Part shown: positions 10,539 through 22,900 of the stretch, one piece after another
Position numbering within the stretch: position 1 is the first letter of the stretch
Layout: each line of letters begins with the position of its first letter
Assembly: GCF_001194135.2 (NCBI RefSeq)
Contig: NC_068998.1
Location: 2,490,494 to 2,554,493 of the forward strand
Source: Octopus bimaculoides
Lineage: Eukaryota
Direction of reading: 5' to 3'
Length of the DNA: 64,000 bases
Program-made: the position numbers and the translations under genes
Notes under the pieces: generated by a model
The model's input: the letters and a program-made list of their open reading frames with translations, nothing else
Database searches by the model: none
Told to the model about the DNA's origin: nothing

Positions 10539-13500
10539 GAAGCTTCACCATCCTAACATCATCCAAGTTATCAATTCCTGAACTGTTGAGTTGTATGTGT
10601 ATGTGTGCTTGTGTACGTATGTCTATGCACAATGTGTGCATGTATATCTCACACACATCACGCTTACGCACACACGCACACACCCGTTGGGACATGCGAC
10701 TTTTTCTCCAATCAGTTATTTTAAGGAACAAACGAATCAGAAAACACATTCATATTATCGCTAAGAAAGTCTGCCATTTGACCAGTCTCAGACCAGCGCG
10801 ACCCAACTGTTGTTCCACTTGATGAATCATCAATGTATTTCTTCTTTTATTATTTATTTTGTCTTCATTCGTTCATTTGTCTAAAATTTCAAACTAACCA
10901 GTCTGCTGTATTTTTTTTAAAGAATAAGCTAATCGACTAAGTTTATATATATATATATATATATATANNNNNNNNNNNNNNNNNNNNNNNNNNNNNNNNN
11001 NNNNNNNNNNNNNNNNNNNNNNNNNNNNNNNNNNNNNNNNNNNNNNNNNNNNNNNNNNNNNNNNNNNNNNNNNNNNNNNNNNNNNNNNNNNNNNNNNNNN
11101 NNNNNNNNNNNNNNNNNNNNNNNNNNNNNNNNNNNNNNNNNNNNNNNNNNNNNNNNNNNNNNNNNNNNNNNNNNNNNNNNNNNNNNNNNNNNNNNNNNNN
11201 NNNNNNNNNNNNNNNNNNNNNNNNNNNNNNNNNNNNNNNNNNNNNNNNNNNNNNNNNNNNNNNNNNNNNNNNNNNNNNNNNNNNNNNNNNNNNNNNNNNN
11301 NNNNNNNNNNNNNNNNNNNNNNNNNNNNNNNNNNNNNNNNNNNNNNNNNNNNNNNNNNNNNNNNNNNNNNNNNNNNNNNNNNNNNNNNNNNNNNNNNNNN
11401 NNNNNNNNNNNNNNNNNNNNNNNNNNNNNNNNNNNNNNNNNNNNNNNNNNNNNNNNNNNNNNNNNNNNNNNNNNNNNNNNNNNNNNNNNNNNNNNNNNNN
11501 NNNNNNNNNNNNNNNNNNNNNNNNNNNNNNNNNNNNNNNNNNNNNNNNNNNNNNNNNNNNNNNNNNNNNNNNNNNNNNNNNNNNNNNNNNNNNNNNNNNN
11601 NNNNNNNNNNNNNNNNNNNNNNNNNNNNNNNNNNNNNNNNNNNNNNNNNNNNNNNNNNNNNNNNNNNNNNNNNNNNNNNNNNNNNNNNNNNNNNNNNNNN
11701 NNNNNNNNNNTATATACCTAATTTATTTTGTTCTTTGCAATCATACATCTTACATGAAATGTTTTAAACTCTGAACATACATCACCCAAGGGTTGATATA
11801 AATATTTTGTTATAAATATAGTTTTTATTGCCTACAAGAGTCCCCTTCGTTTTTATTGGCTATGCCGGGCCAAGGATGTGTTTATTTTAATGAACTGGGT
11901 TGTTTGTTTACCTGACGCTTCATCGCCAAAACCCGGCGACTCGAACTCGATGCAATGTCATTAAAATAATCACGAATAGTTGTCAGTGTTAACTCTTTTC
12001 CGTTGAGTTAACTGGGCGAGAGAGTGAGAGAGAGAGAGAGAGAGGTGGGGATGTAGACAGGACTAGGGAATGGGCCCAGCATTACAACCCAAGCAATAAT
12101 TTGTCAATCACAATGTTTCTACCGTTTTAGAGCCAGGTACATTGAGATGCTGGGAAATGTCTTGACTATGGACTCAACACGTACATTGGTGATAGTACCG
12201 GATTAACCATTAAGCAAAATAAGCACGTGCTTAGGGCATCAAAGGAATGGTGCAGGGGGGCGCACAACAGAAATGGTAAATAGTTTACGGCATTAAAAAA
12301 AATCGCTTTAAACTTGTTAAAATAATATTCGGTATGTCTCATCTCTACTAAGTAGAGAAGCAGACGTGTTATGTAAGATTAATTATGGAGATTTGATCAA
12401 AAACTTTGCAATTAAGAAAAAGTAGGGGCTAAGTTTTCAAATATGAATAAAGTAAAAATAAATATTATTTTCCATTTTTCTGTTATTGTTTTCTAATATA
12501 GCTCTGGACTGACCAAAGCCTTGTGAGTGGATTTGGTAGACGGAAACTGAAAGAAGCCCGTCGTGTATATATTCTTTTATTTATTTTTTTTTTCAGTCAT
12601 TTGACTGTGGCCATGCTGGAGCACCGCCTTTAGTCGAGCAAATCGACCCTAAGACTTATTCTTTGTAAGCCTAGTACTTATTCTATCGGTCTCTTTAGCC
12701 GAACCGATAAAATTACTACCAGGCCCAAAATAATAAACCTGATTCTGGGGTTGATTTATTCGACTAAACCTTTGAAAGCAGCGTCAGGCGGACAGATGGA
12801 CGGGCGGACAGATGGACGGGTGGATAGATGGACACGCACGACAGGCTTCCATTCCGTCTCTGGCGAGCAAATTCGCTCACAAGGCATTGGTCAGCCCAGA
12901 GATATAGTAGAAAACACTTGTCCAAGGTGCTGCGCAGTGGGGCTGAACTCAAAACTACATGGTTTCAAAGTGAGCTTGTAAACTATCGATAGTTCATGGA
13001 CAGCAGAAGCTGTCACGAGCGACCGACAGGTGCACGTGTCTGCTTCTACAAAGCAGAATTCACACCATTAATTTTTACGATAGTTAACGATATTGCGTAC
13101 CTCACATGGAACAGGGTATATAAACAGAACTGTTTCAACACACAAGGCAGCGACTCAAGTGTTTAGCCTGTTTGAATTGCAGATTTCGAGATATTCAGAT
13201 AAACCAATGAGAAATTAAATGCTTTCTTTAAATATTCTCATATTCCATCACACACACACACACACGTATTAATCCAAACCCTCCTACACACCAACTCACA
13301 CCCACTCCGCCACACAGAAACATAGCCTGAAAAGCTATTTATTCTCAAAAATAATAATGAGCGCCAATAGATGGAACTCTGCTGTAAAGCTGGTAAGAAC
13401 ATTAAGCAGAAGGTTTGGGCGTTGAAGTAGAATGAATGGGGAATGAAAACGGCGGGAAACTGTGCCAGAAAAACATAGGAATGTATATTGGAGGTCTTTG

Positions 13501-13650
13501 CATTTCAAGGCAATTGATTTCAAGCATTCAAAGTAAACACACACACACTCACCTTTACATACATATAAGTGTAGCTATGTATGGATATATATATGTAGAT
13601 TATCTATGCACGTACACATACACATATCTATTTGATTACATATATTTATA

Positions 13651-14000
13651 GGCGCAGGCGTAAGAAGCTTGCTTCCCAACCACATGGTTCCAGGTTCAGT
13701 CTCACTGTGTAGAATCTTGGGCAAGTGTTTTCTACTATAGCCTCGTGCTGACCAAATACTTGTGAGTGGATTTGGTAGACGGAATCATGTGTGTGTCTGT
13801 GTTTGAACCCCCTTCCATCGCTTGACAACAGATATAGGCATGTCTACGACCCCGTAACTTAACGGTTTGGCAAAAGAGACCGACCGAATAAGTACTAGGT
13901 TTACAAAGAATAAGTCGTGGGGGTCGATTTGTTCGATTAAGGGCGTTGCTCCAGCACGACCGCAGTCAAATGACTGAAACAAGTAAAAAGTAAAAGAATA
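13651..14000 (+). mobile_element. tRNA-derived SINE family A, near full length
   Basis: Head GGCGCAGG..CTTGCTTCCCAACCACATGGTTCC.GGTTCAGTC, a central CA/TG tract, and tail GTCAAATGACTGAAACAAGTAAAA. Confidence 0.8.
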
Positions 14001-14577
14001 TATACACACACGCCAATTTGTATACATATATTAATGTATGTGTGTGTATTTATTTATACATACACACACATACATATTCAATTACAATTGAATACACACA
14101 CACACACAAGTCCATTTGAATGAATATCTATAATTGTATTGTAAGCATCCGTCGGTCTCAAGTGACATGGATTTGCGCCCGGAGAAATTGTATCAGTTGC
14201 GGGTAGTGGTGTAGCGTCTAGTGAGGCCCACCCGGGAGTGGCAGTCACGCATGCAGCGACTGCATGTGAAGGACACCGGCATATGCACACGTATATACAT
14301 ACATTTTATATGAATAATCATTATAAATATATTGGACTTCCAAGGCAGTCAAATATTTATAATAACTATATTGTGTGCGAATATGCCACTGTCCGTCTAT
14401 ATGCTTATGTTGGTAAAAAAGAAAAGAAAAAGCTGTTCATATTGTGTCTCTTTACATTCCGCAACTTAGCTGTTCGACAAATAAAGAACAATAATATAAG
14501 TTGCAGACTAAAATGATCGACTAAATCCTGAAGGAACAGGTCTCAGCATACCTGCATTCATAGGACTGATTCTTGCG

Positions 14578-14625
<48 letters not shown>

Positions 14626-16663
14626 ACTAACCCCAAATATATTCATATACACCCCCCACATACACATATATATAGAGTGTGAATTAGCAGAGTCGTTAAA
14701 GCCTTACGGTATTTATTCCATGACCCTTGCAACAAATTATGCAGGCTTTGACTATTTTATATAAAATAAATACCGCACTGACTACTCGTAAGAGATCGAA
14801 TCCTGTTCACGTCAAATTTGACTTTCATCCTTTCGAGGGTCAATAAATATGGTCATAATCCAGGGCAGTGGATTGCTGGGATTCTTAGAGTCAAATGTGA
14901 TGCTTTGCCGGAACTGTTCTGGCTATTTGCGTTCTCAGTCCGAATTTCCCACGATTTGGAAATAGCTTCCTCTCAGGTAATTTCTGGTTGAAATTATCTC
15001 CTCACTTCATTGAGAGTCGCCAACAAACTACCGCTAGGTTTTGTTTTTCCTTTCTCCGCTTAAAAGGGGACTATTGAACGAAAAACCTTTGCTGACGTCA
15101 AATTTCACTTCGTCACTCCCTAACTTATTTGTATTAAATGATGGTAACTAAGGCTTCCGATCGGCTAAAATTACACAATTTTAAATGCTGGTAACTTTTT
15201 TTTTCAATATTAATTTCAAGAAACAAAAAACGAAAAGAAATGAAAGGGATTTCGTCTTCAGCCACGTATAATTACAGCAGAAACTGTAATAAAAAGTTTT
15301 TGAAATACTTGAAATACTTAACAATCTTACTCCCAGAGCTTGGTTTATTATATCAATTAAACTATCACGTTATCTACAATTAACAATGTCTATCCTCTTG
15401 AAAACCCTCTCTCTTACCAACCTCTTACTAAAAGCATTTCAATTATTGCTGGAAAAAACCCCGTCAAGTGGCACTGATTGCGGACTCTTTAATAATACAA
15501 ATGATCCCGGAATAATTTGGCTGAGAACGGGCAATTCAGATACTTTTGTTCAAGTTATTTGGTTGTTTTCAAGTAGTAGTAGTGGTGGTGGTGGTGGTGG
15601 TGGTGTAGTACTGTTGGTGGAAGTAGCAGCGGGTACGATGAAGGGCGTCCCACCCCTGGAGGTGCCTATCTATTACTTCGGCATAATGTACACGAGACTA
15701 TAATATTAGCCATCGTTTGCCAATCAACCTTCTCTTTAAGATGGTCAAATGTGATTTTAATGAGATTTGACAGTTTTTTTTCTAGCAAGTCGAGCGACTA
15801 CAACAGTGTTCGTCCATTCGTTGTTGTTCATGACAATTTGACAAATTAATTAATTCGAAATTCAACAATTAGGATGGTTGTCTTTAAGATCCAGGTTTCA
15901 GGTCACTTATTTGTTGGAGTTGGGGAACAGTCTATGTTCGATTTTATCAAAATCGGTCCTTGCTTACATCTACCAGAAATGACTCCCTCCGATAGGTTTC
16001 TAGACAGTCCTCCTCTGCCAAATTTCACTCACAAAACCATGGTCTACTCGAAGTTATAGTAGAAGACATTGGCTCAAGGAGCCGCGCAGTGGGATTGAAC
16101 CTAAAGCCACAAATCGGTAAAGCGAATTTCTTAACGGCACACATAAGCCCACGCCTATAGATATAAAATAGAGAAGCCTTTTCTGTATGATATTAATTAA
16201 TAAGGGAATGGCGATTTCTTTAACTCTACTCCGACCATCCCTGCAATAATTTCTAATTTTACATAGACCAGGGTAACTGTTGGGTCAAGAATAACCATTC
16301 TCTGTACATGTTTGTGCAGGCATGGGTTGGGGCGAGGAAGACTTACACTTGCCACATGCAAGCCTCCTGTCTCCATGTCACTGATGTTTATCCAAGATAA
16401 AAGACACTGAATTTGGAATGGTACAGCTTGGCACCAGTGTTGTCGCAGACATTGCAATCAGAATGCACAGAGCTAGATCAGATACTCGGAACTAATATAT
16501 TTCTATCGATCCCCAAAGGTAGGTTTATTATTGCTTCCACTACTATTTGGAAACAACCAACAGCTACAACAAGAAGATCTGAATTGTTCTCACCTGAGAA
16601 GCCCATTTGTACCAAGAATACAAAGTGACTCCGAAACTGTTGTAGTATTAAGAGAGTCCATAA

Positions 16664-16885
16664 GGCGGTGAGCTGGCAGAATCGTCACCGCGCCGAACAA
16701 AATGCTTAGCGGCATTTCTTTCGGCTTTTAACGTTCGGAGTTCAAATTCCGCCGTCATTAACTTTGCCTTTCGTCCTTTTGGGGTCGGTAAAATAAGTAC
16801 CAGTTGAGCACTGCGGTCGATGTAATCGACTTAATCCCTTCCCTAAAATTGCTAGCCTTGTGCCAAAATTTGAAGCCATTATCAA
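16664..16885 (+). mobile_element. tRNA-derived SINE family B. Other copies at about 4921-5110, 28565-28745 (-), 39020-39190 and 41165-41455
   Basis: Head GGCGGTGAGCTGGCAGAATCG, B-box GAGTTCAAATTCC, body ACTTTGCCTTTC.TCCTTT.GGGGTCG.TAAAATAAGTACCAG. Confidence 0.78.
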
Positions 16886-16911
16886 GAGTCTACAATCGAT
16901 TCCACCTGATT

Positions 16912-16953
<42 letters not shown>

Positions 16954-17566
16954 TAGAGAACAAATACAGCAAGATAATTTTGTCTGGTGCTCTACTAAAG
17001 AACATTCCTTCACTACCCAGTCAGAACAGTTTGGGGTGTATTTACAGCCCCGCAGACTGAGCCAAGAGCTGGGAGAGTGTCAATGGCTGGCCCCATAGCA
17101 TAGCGCTGGCGGAAAAAAGAAACGATGACCCTATGATGGCTCGAACCAGCATCTTGACGCACAGACCGATCGCGACAATCACTGAGATAAACAGAGACGT
17201 ATATACACAACCACTTATACACGAAGACAATCTATAACACAAACAAAAACGCATTCATACATACAATCACACATAAAGTGACTGTCCTACATGTCACTGA
17301 GAGCGACGTCCTATTTACAAATGCGGCGCCATCTTTCTTACAAAATCAGATTAAACCGGAAGTTGGTATCTTTGTTAAACAAAGGCTTGGATGAGATCCA
17401 ATGTATTTGAAAAGTAGATTTTGTGCGACAAAGTTAAATAGATGAACAGATAAAAGGATTAACTTATTCCAGCGGAAAAAATATACTCAATGAGATGAAG
17501 ATGTCTGCTAATGCTTACAAACAAACAAACAAACAAACACACACACACAAACACAGCGTTATGCAC

Positions 17567-17607
<41 letters not shown>

Positions 17608-18881
17608 NNNNNNNNNNNNNNNNNNNNNNNNNNNNNNNNNNNNNNNNNNNNNNNNNNNNNNNNNNNNNNNNNNNNNNNNNNNNNNNNNNNNNNNNNNNNN
17701 NNNNNNNNNNNNNNNNNNNNNNNNNNNNNNNNNNNNNNNNNNNNNNNNNNNNNNNNNNNNNNNNNNNNNNNNNNNNNNNNNNNNNNNNNNNNNNNNNNNN
17801 NNNNNNNNNNNNNNNNNNNNNNNNNNNNNNNNNNNNNNNNNNNNNNNNNNNNNNNNNNNNNNNNNNNNNNNNNNNNNNNNNNNNNNNNNNNNNNNNNNNN
17901 NNNNNNNNNNNNNNNNNNNNNNNNNNNNNNNNNNNNNNNNNNNNNNNNNNNNNNNNNNNNNNNNNNNNNNNNNNNNNNNNNNNNNNNNNNNNNNNNNNNN
18001 NNNNNNNNNNNNNNNNNNNNNNNNNNNNNNNNNNNNNNNNNNNNNNNNNNNNNNNNNNNNNNNNNNNNNNNNNNNNNNNNNNNNNNNNNNNNNNNNNNNN
18101 NNNNNNNNNNNNNNNNNNNNNNNNNNNNNNNNNNNNNNNNNNNNNNNNNNNNNNNNNNNNNNNNNNNNNNNNNNNNNNNNNNNNNNNNNNNNNNNNNNNN
18201 NNNNNNNNNNNNNNNNNNNNNNNNNNNNNNNNNNNNNNNNNNNNNNNNNNTTCTTTCTCTTCGAAACGTCAGTACTTTCCCATCCTCACTCTCCCTTAAA
18301 AATGTCTAAAAATCATAAGTGAAATGGAATAAAGATGAAATTGGATTCTGTTAATATTTTTGCATATTCGGAATATCTGTTAAAGGTAGGAAGCCAAAAA
18401 TAAAAACTTTCACAAAATTTCGTTTTTCAAAGGGGTGCGATTCTGCATTAGCCCCTATACCTATTGGTTGAGCTGAATCAATTTGAAATGATTTCATAAA
18501 GAGAACACATTTAGTTACATTATATGACCCTGGGTTTAGATAGTTACGCTGTCGAAGACAAGTCAGGTGCTTTATCATGCTACTTGTCAATTCCGGGAAA
18601 ATTATGGATACTCAAGCAGACTGTTCTGAGACTTACTGAACTCCGTATATTAAAAGACTACGTCTCACGCACACACATTGAAAATACACGCATATACATG
18701 AATACACACAATGAAAGACAGCGAAAATTCAACATTGTAAAACCCCACCCCCCAAAAAATCTACACAGAAAGGAAAACCTATGTAGGTTAGGTGTGATGA
18801 AGAAGTCGAACCATTTCTCCTGCGAAACAATACTGATGTAAGAAGGTCGAACCTTACGTTAAAATGTTATTTACCTAATTT

Positions 18882-19505
18882 CTAAATTAATTCAATTCTT
18901 CGATCTTTCTGGGCAAATATATCTATCATATTTTCATAGAAATCTTCTCTTTTCATCAATTGTTGTAATAAATCTTTTTCAATTGACATTAGTGCTAACC
19001 CAGACAGTCTTCTTTCTCCTGTCGCATTTCTTTGGTATGTTTTGATTCTACTTAATGCAGAAAAATATCGCTCTACAGAAGCAGTAGTAGACGGAATTGT
19101 CAAAATCAACTTGCACAGATTGAAGAGTTCTGCCATAGCTTCAACAAGGTCACTGCTGTAAATGTAACTCATTAAATGACTTACACTTCGATTTTTAAAA
19201 TCTTTCATTAAATACATCACATTGAACTCACTTTGTAATCGTATTATATCAAAAAATCTGCCATAAGTCATTTTTAAAGAATGTATAGAGTCCACAGGAA
19301 ATTGTTTGCAATACTCATCAACTTTGTTGAAATTCAAAAGTTCCGTGAATTTAAACTCTTCTAAGGATGAATATCGTACTTTTATTTGGTCAACTACTGT
19401 ACTGATAATTTTGTTACAATGCATTCTAATAATGTCGTTGAGGCTCAATAGATATATTTTTGGATCTCTGAATTCCGATTCCTGCATCGACTCTATATTT
19501 TTTCC
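18882..19505 (-). mobile_element. hAT transposase C-terminal (dimerisation domain, ZMYM1-like) fragment with an uninterrupted ORF
   Basis: LCKLILTIPSTTASVERYFSALSRIKTYQRN...RLSGLALMSIEK...F..KDRRIELI* is the hAT C-terminal dimerisation signature. The N-terminal and catalytic regions are absent. Confidence 0.85.
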
Positions 19506-20520
19506 CTAACATATCATAAAAGATTGAAAAATTATCAAGTTTTGAAAAAGGCTACACACGTAAATTGTCTGAGTAAATTTTAAGTCAATTTCAACAAAAC
19601 GGAAAAAATAACGTTAGTAAAATTAATTTAAGATTAATTAGCTACTTCTGAAATAAGAAATATAACATAGATANNNNNNNNNNNNNNNNNNNNNNNNNNN
19701 NNNNNNNNNNNNNNNNNNNNNNNNNNNNNNNNNNNNNNNNNNNNNNNNNNNNNNNNNNNNNNNNNNNNNNNNNNNNNNNNNNNNNNNNNNNNNNNNNNNN
19801 NNNNNNNNNNNNNNNNNNNNNNNNNNNNNNNNNNNNNNNNNNNNNNNNNNNNNNNNNNNNNNNNNNNNNNNNNNNNNNNNNNNNNNNNNNNNNNNNNNNN
19901 NNNNNNNNNNNNNNNNNNNNNNNNNNNNNNNNNNNNNNNNNNNNNNNNNNNNNNNNNNNNNNNNNNNNNNNNNNNNNNNNNNNNNNNNNNNNNNNNNNNN
20001 NNNNNNNNNNNNNNNNNNNNNNNNNNNNNNNNNNNNNNNNNNNNNNNNNNNNNNNNNNNNNNNNNNNNNNNNNNNNNNNNNNNNNNNNNNNNNNNNNNNN
20101 NNNNNNNNNNNNNNNNNNNNNNNNNNNNNNNNNNNNNNNNNNNNNNNNNNNNNNNNNNNNNNNNNNNNNNNNNNNNNNNNNNNNNNNNNNNNNNNNNNNN
20201 NNNNNNNNNNNNNNNNNNNNNNNNNNNNNNNNNNNNNNNNNNNNNNNNNNNNNNNNNNNNNNNNNNNNNNNNNNNNNNNNNNNNNNNNNNNNNNNNNNNN
20301 NNNNNNNNNNNNNNNNNNNNNNNNNNNNNNNNNNNNNNNNNNNNNNNNNNNNNNNNNNNNNNNNNNNNNNNNNNNNNNNNNNNNNNNNNNNNNNNNNNNN
20401 NNNNNNNNNNNNNNNNNNNNNNNNNNNNNNNNNNNNNNNNNNNNNNNNNNNNNNNNNNNNNNNNNNNNNNNNNNNNNNNNNNNNNNNNNNNNNNNNNNNN
20501 NNNTTTAAATTTGCTGTTTT

Positions 20521-20543
20521 ACCCTAACCCTAACCCTAACCCT
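20521..20543 (-). repeat. Short interstitial telomere-type (TTAGGG)n array
   Basis: ACCCTAACCCTAACCCTAACCCT, 18 nt from a gap edge. Confidence 0.7.
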
Positions 20544-21180
20544 ATCACCGATAGAATTGTTTCAGAATCGTTTGTTTATGTAGTCGGCACTTAATGTATA
20601 TCGGCTGAATGGACGTCAGTGATTGGTTGAAATTACAGAAATACGACAACTTTAACATGGAATAACTTAGGGATTTCTTTTTTTTTAAAGAAGACTAAGA
20701 GAAAAAGATGTTTTATATGACACATTCTACCAGTGTTCCAAGTTTCAAAGTGTTTCGTTAATGAAAAATCTGGCCCCCGTTTTAAAAAAGATCCTATAAT
20801 TATGTAGGTATACATATACACACATGCTTAGCGAAGTATTAACAGGTAATTTTACACGCTAGAGGAAGCAGTCAAAACAACCAAAACCACATTTAAGAGC
20901 AATTCGAAGGGAATGAAAAATAAAGACTTTTACTTTGTTATTCTTTTTTCGGTTATACGTAGGTTTCGAATTGTTTTTAGCAAATAAAATAATTTGCGAG
21001 GCGAAATTCTCATCAGTAACCGCGCCATAACATTAACATATAATTTAGAGACAAATAACACGTGTCTCATCATTATATGTTATAATTTTTCAAATTCACC
21101 GCGTAAAAGCAGTTTCAGTCGGCAGTAAATGAAAAATGCCGAAATGATCTTCGAAATGCTAAAATCATGTACGTAAAATA

Positions 21181-21211
<31 letters not shown>

Positions 21212-22299
21212 AACACTAGGCTCATTATTATATTAGGAGTTAACACAGACACGTAGATGTGTGTGTAGAAAACGTATATATGTGAATGTGTGTATATAAA
21301 ACGTGTGTGTAAAACATTTCCCATTACCGTTCCCAGCTTCTCGCCGACACCCCCTCCTCCTGTACTCCATCTTTACATATCAGTGAAGTGTTTACAATGT
21401 CAAAGGCTTGTAAACTGTGTTTAACCACTCCACTTTCTCTCTCTCACACATAGTCACACACAGACACAGACAAAACCCCCACGNNNNNNNNNNNNNNNNN
21501 NNNNNNNNNNNNNNNNNNNNNNNNNNNNNNNNNNNNNNNNNNNNNNNNNNNNNNNNNNNNNNNNNNNNNNNNNNNNNNNNNNNNNNNNNNNNNNNNNNNN
21601 NNNNNNNNNNNNNNNNNNNNNNNNNNNNNNNNNNNNNNNNNNNNNNNNNNNNNNNNNNNNNNNNNNNNNNNNNNNNNNNNNNNNNNNNNNNNNNNNNNNN
21701 NNNNNNNNNNNNNNNNNNNNNNNNNNNNNNNNNNNNNNNNNNNNNNNNNNNNNNNNNNNNNNNNNNNNNNNNNNNNNNNNNNNNNNNNNNNNNNNNNNNN
21801 NNNNNNNNNNNNNNNNNNNNNNNNNNNNNNNNNNNNNNNNNNNNNNNNNNNNNNNNNNNNNNNNNNNNNNNNNNNNNNNNNNNNNNNNNNNNNNNNNNNN
21901 NNNNNNNNNNNNNNNNNNNNNNNNNNNNNNNNNNNNNNNNNNNNNNNNNNNNNNNNNNNNNNNNNNNNNNNNNNNNNNNNNNNNNNNNNNNNNNNNNNNN
22001 NNNNNNNNNNNNNNNNNNNNNNNNNNNNNNNNNNNNNNNNNNNNNNNNNNNNNNNNNNNNNNNNNNNNNNNNNNNNNNNNNNNNNNNNNNNNNNNNNNNN
22101 NNNNNNNNNNNNNNNNNNNNNNNNNNNNNNNNNNNNNNNCCTTCAACATACATTCATACACACACACACACACACACACACGTATGCATGCATACAAATA
22201 TGCATAAACATTTTCAAATACTATTGATTTAAAATTGTAGTGTTTTGTAAATGTGTTTTGCAGAGAGCTCTAAGGTCAGGAATATCAGTAGAGGCCAGG

Positions 22300-22900
22300 A
22301 AGTGATTTAGTAGAAAGAGAGAGAGAGAGAGGGAGAGGGGGAGGGTTGTACTGCCAGCCTTTGCAAGTCCCTCTCTTCTGGAGAGGAAAGACGAGGAGCA
22401 GTGCTTAGTAAGGGCCTGGAGATATGGACAACGTGGATGAAGAGAGGAAGGGAAGAAATGGATGAAGTGTATGGGTCAGAGAGGAGTTCATATCAGAGCA
22501 AACACATCCGAAGAACAGATGCTGTTGTAGAAGCGGTAGAAGCAACCAAGTCCGCCAAAGATTTAGGATATTGGGGCGACAGAGTTAATGTCACTCGGAC
22601 GGGTCACGTGTCCTGGATGTAAGCTATGATCTGGTTTGTATGTGGGAGCAATTGTCTATTGCGGGCCTCACTAGAGTTTTGTATGGGGTTGGTAACTGCT
22701 GTAGGAAAGCCAAGTATTTTCATTTTCTGAACAGGATGGTCAGTGTTTGGTATATTGGGAATGTGAAATGGCCAGGAATAATGTTGAAGCTTAACATTTG
22801 TAACAACATTGCAAGTTTTGGTTTTGTGTGGATTCATGCTTATTGCAAAATGGAAATCTAAAAATTGCTTTCTAGGCATATGTAGTAATTGTGTCTTTGT
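22300..22900 (-). mobile_element. Degenerate CR1/L2-like LINE 3' end
   Basis: Fragments NPHKT..KMKILG..., FYRFYNSICS and a C-rich tail resemble the element at 60-615. Confidence 0.5.

Noticed and set aside
15093-15100. Perfect CRE palindrome TGACGTCA
   Set aside because: A single 8-mer is expected by chance in 64 kb.
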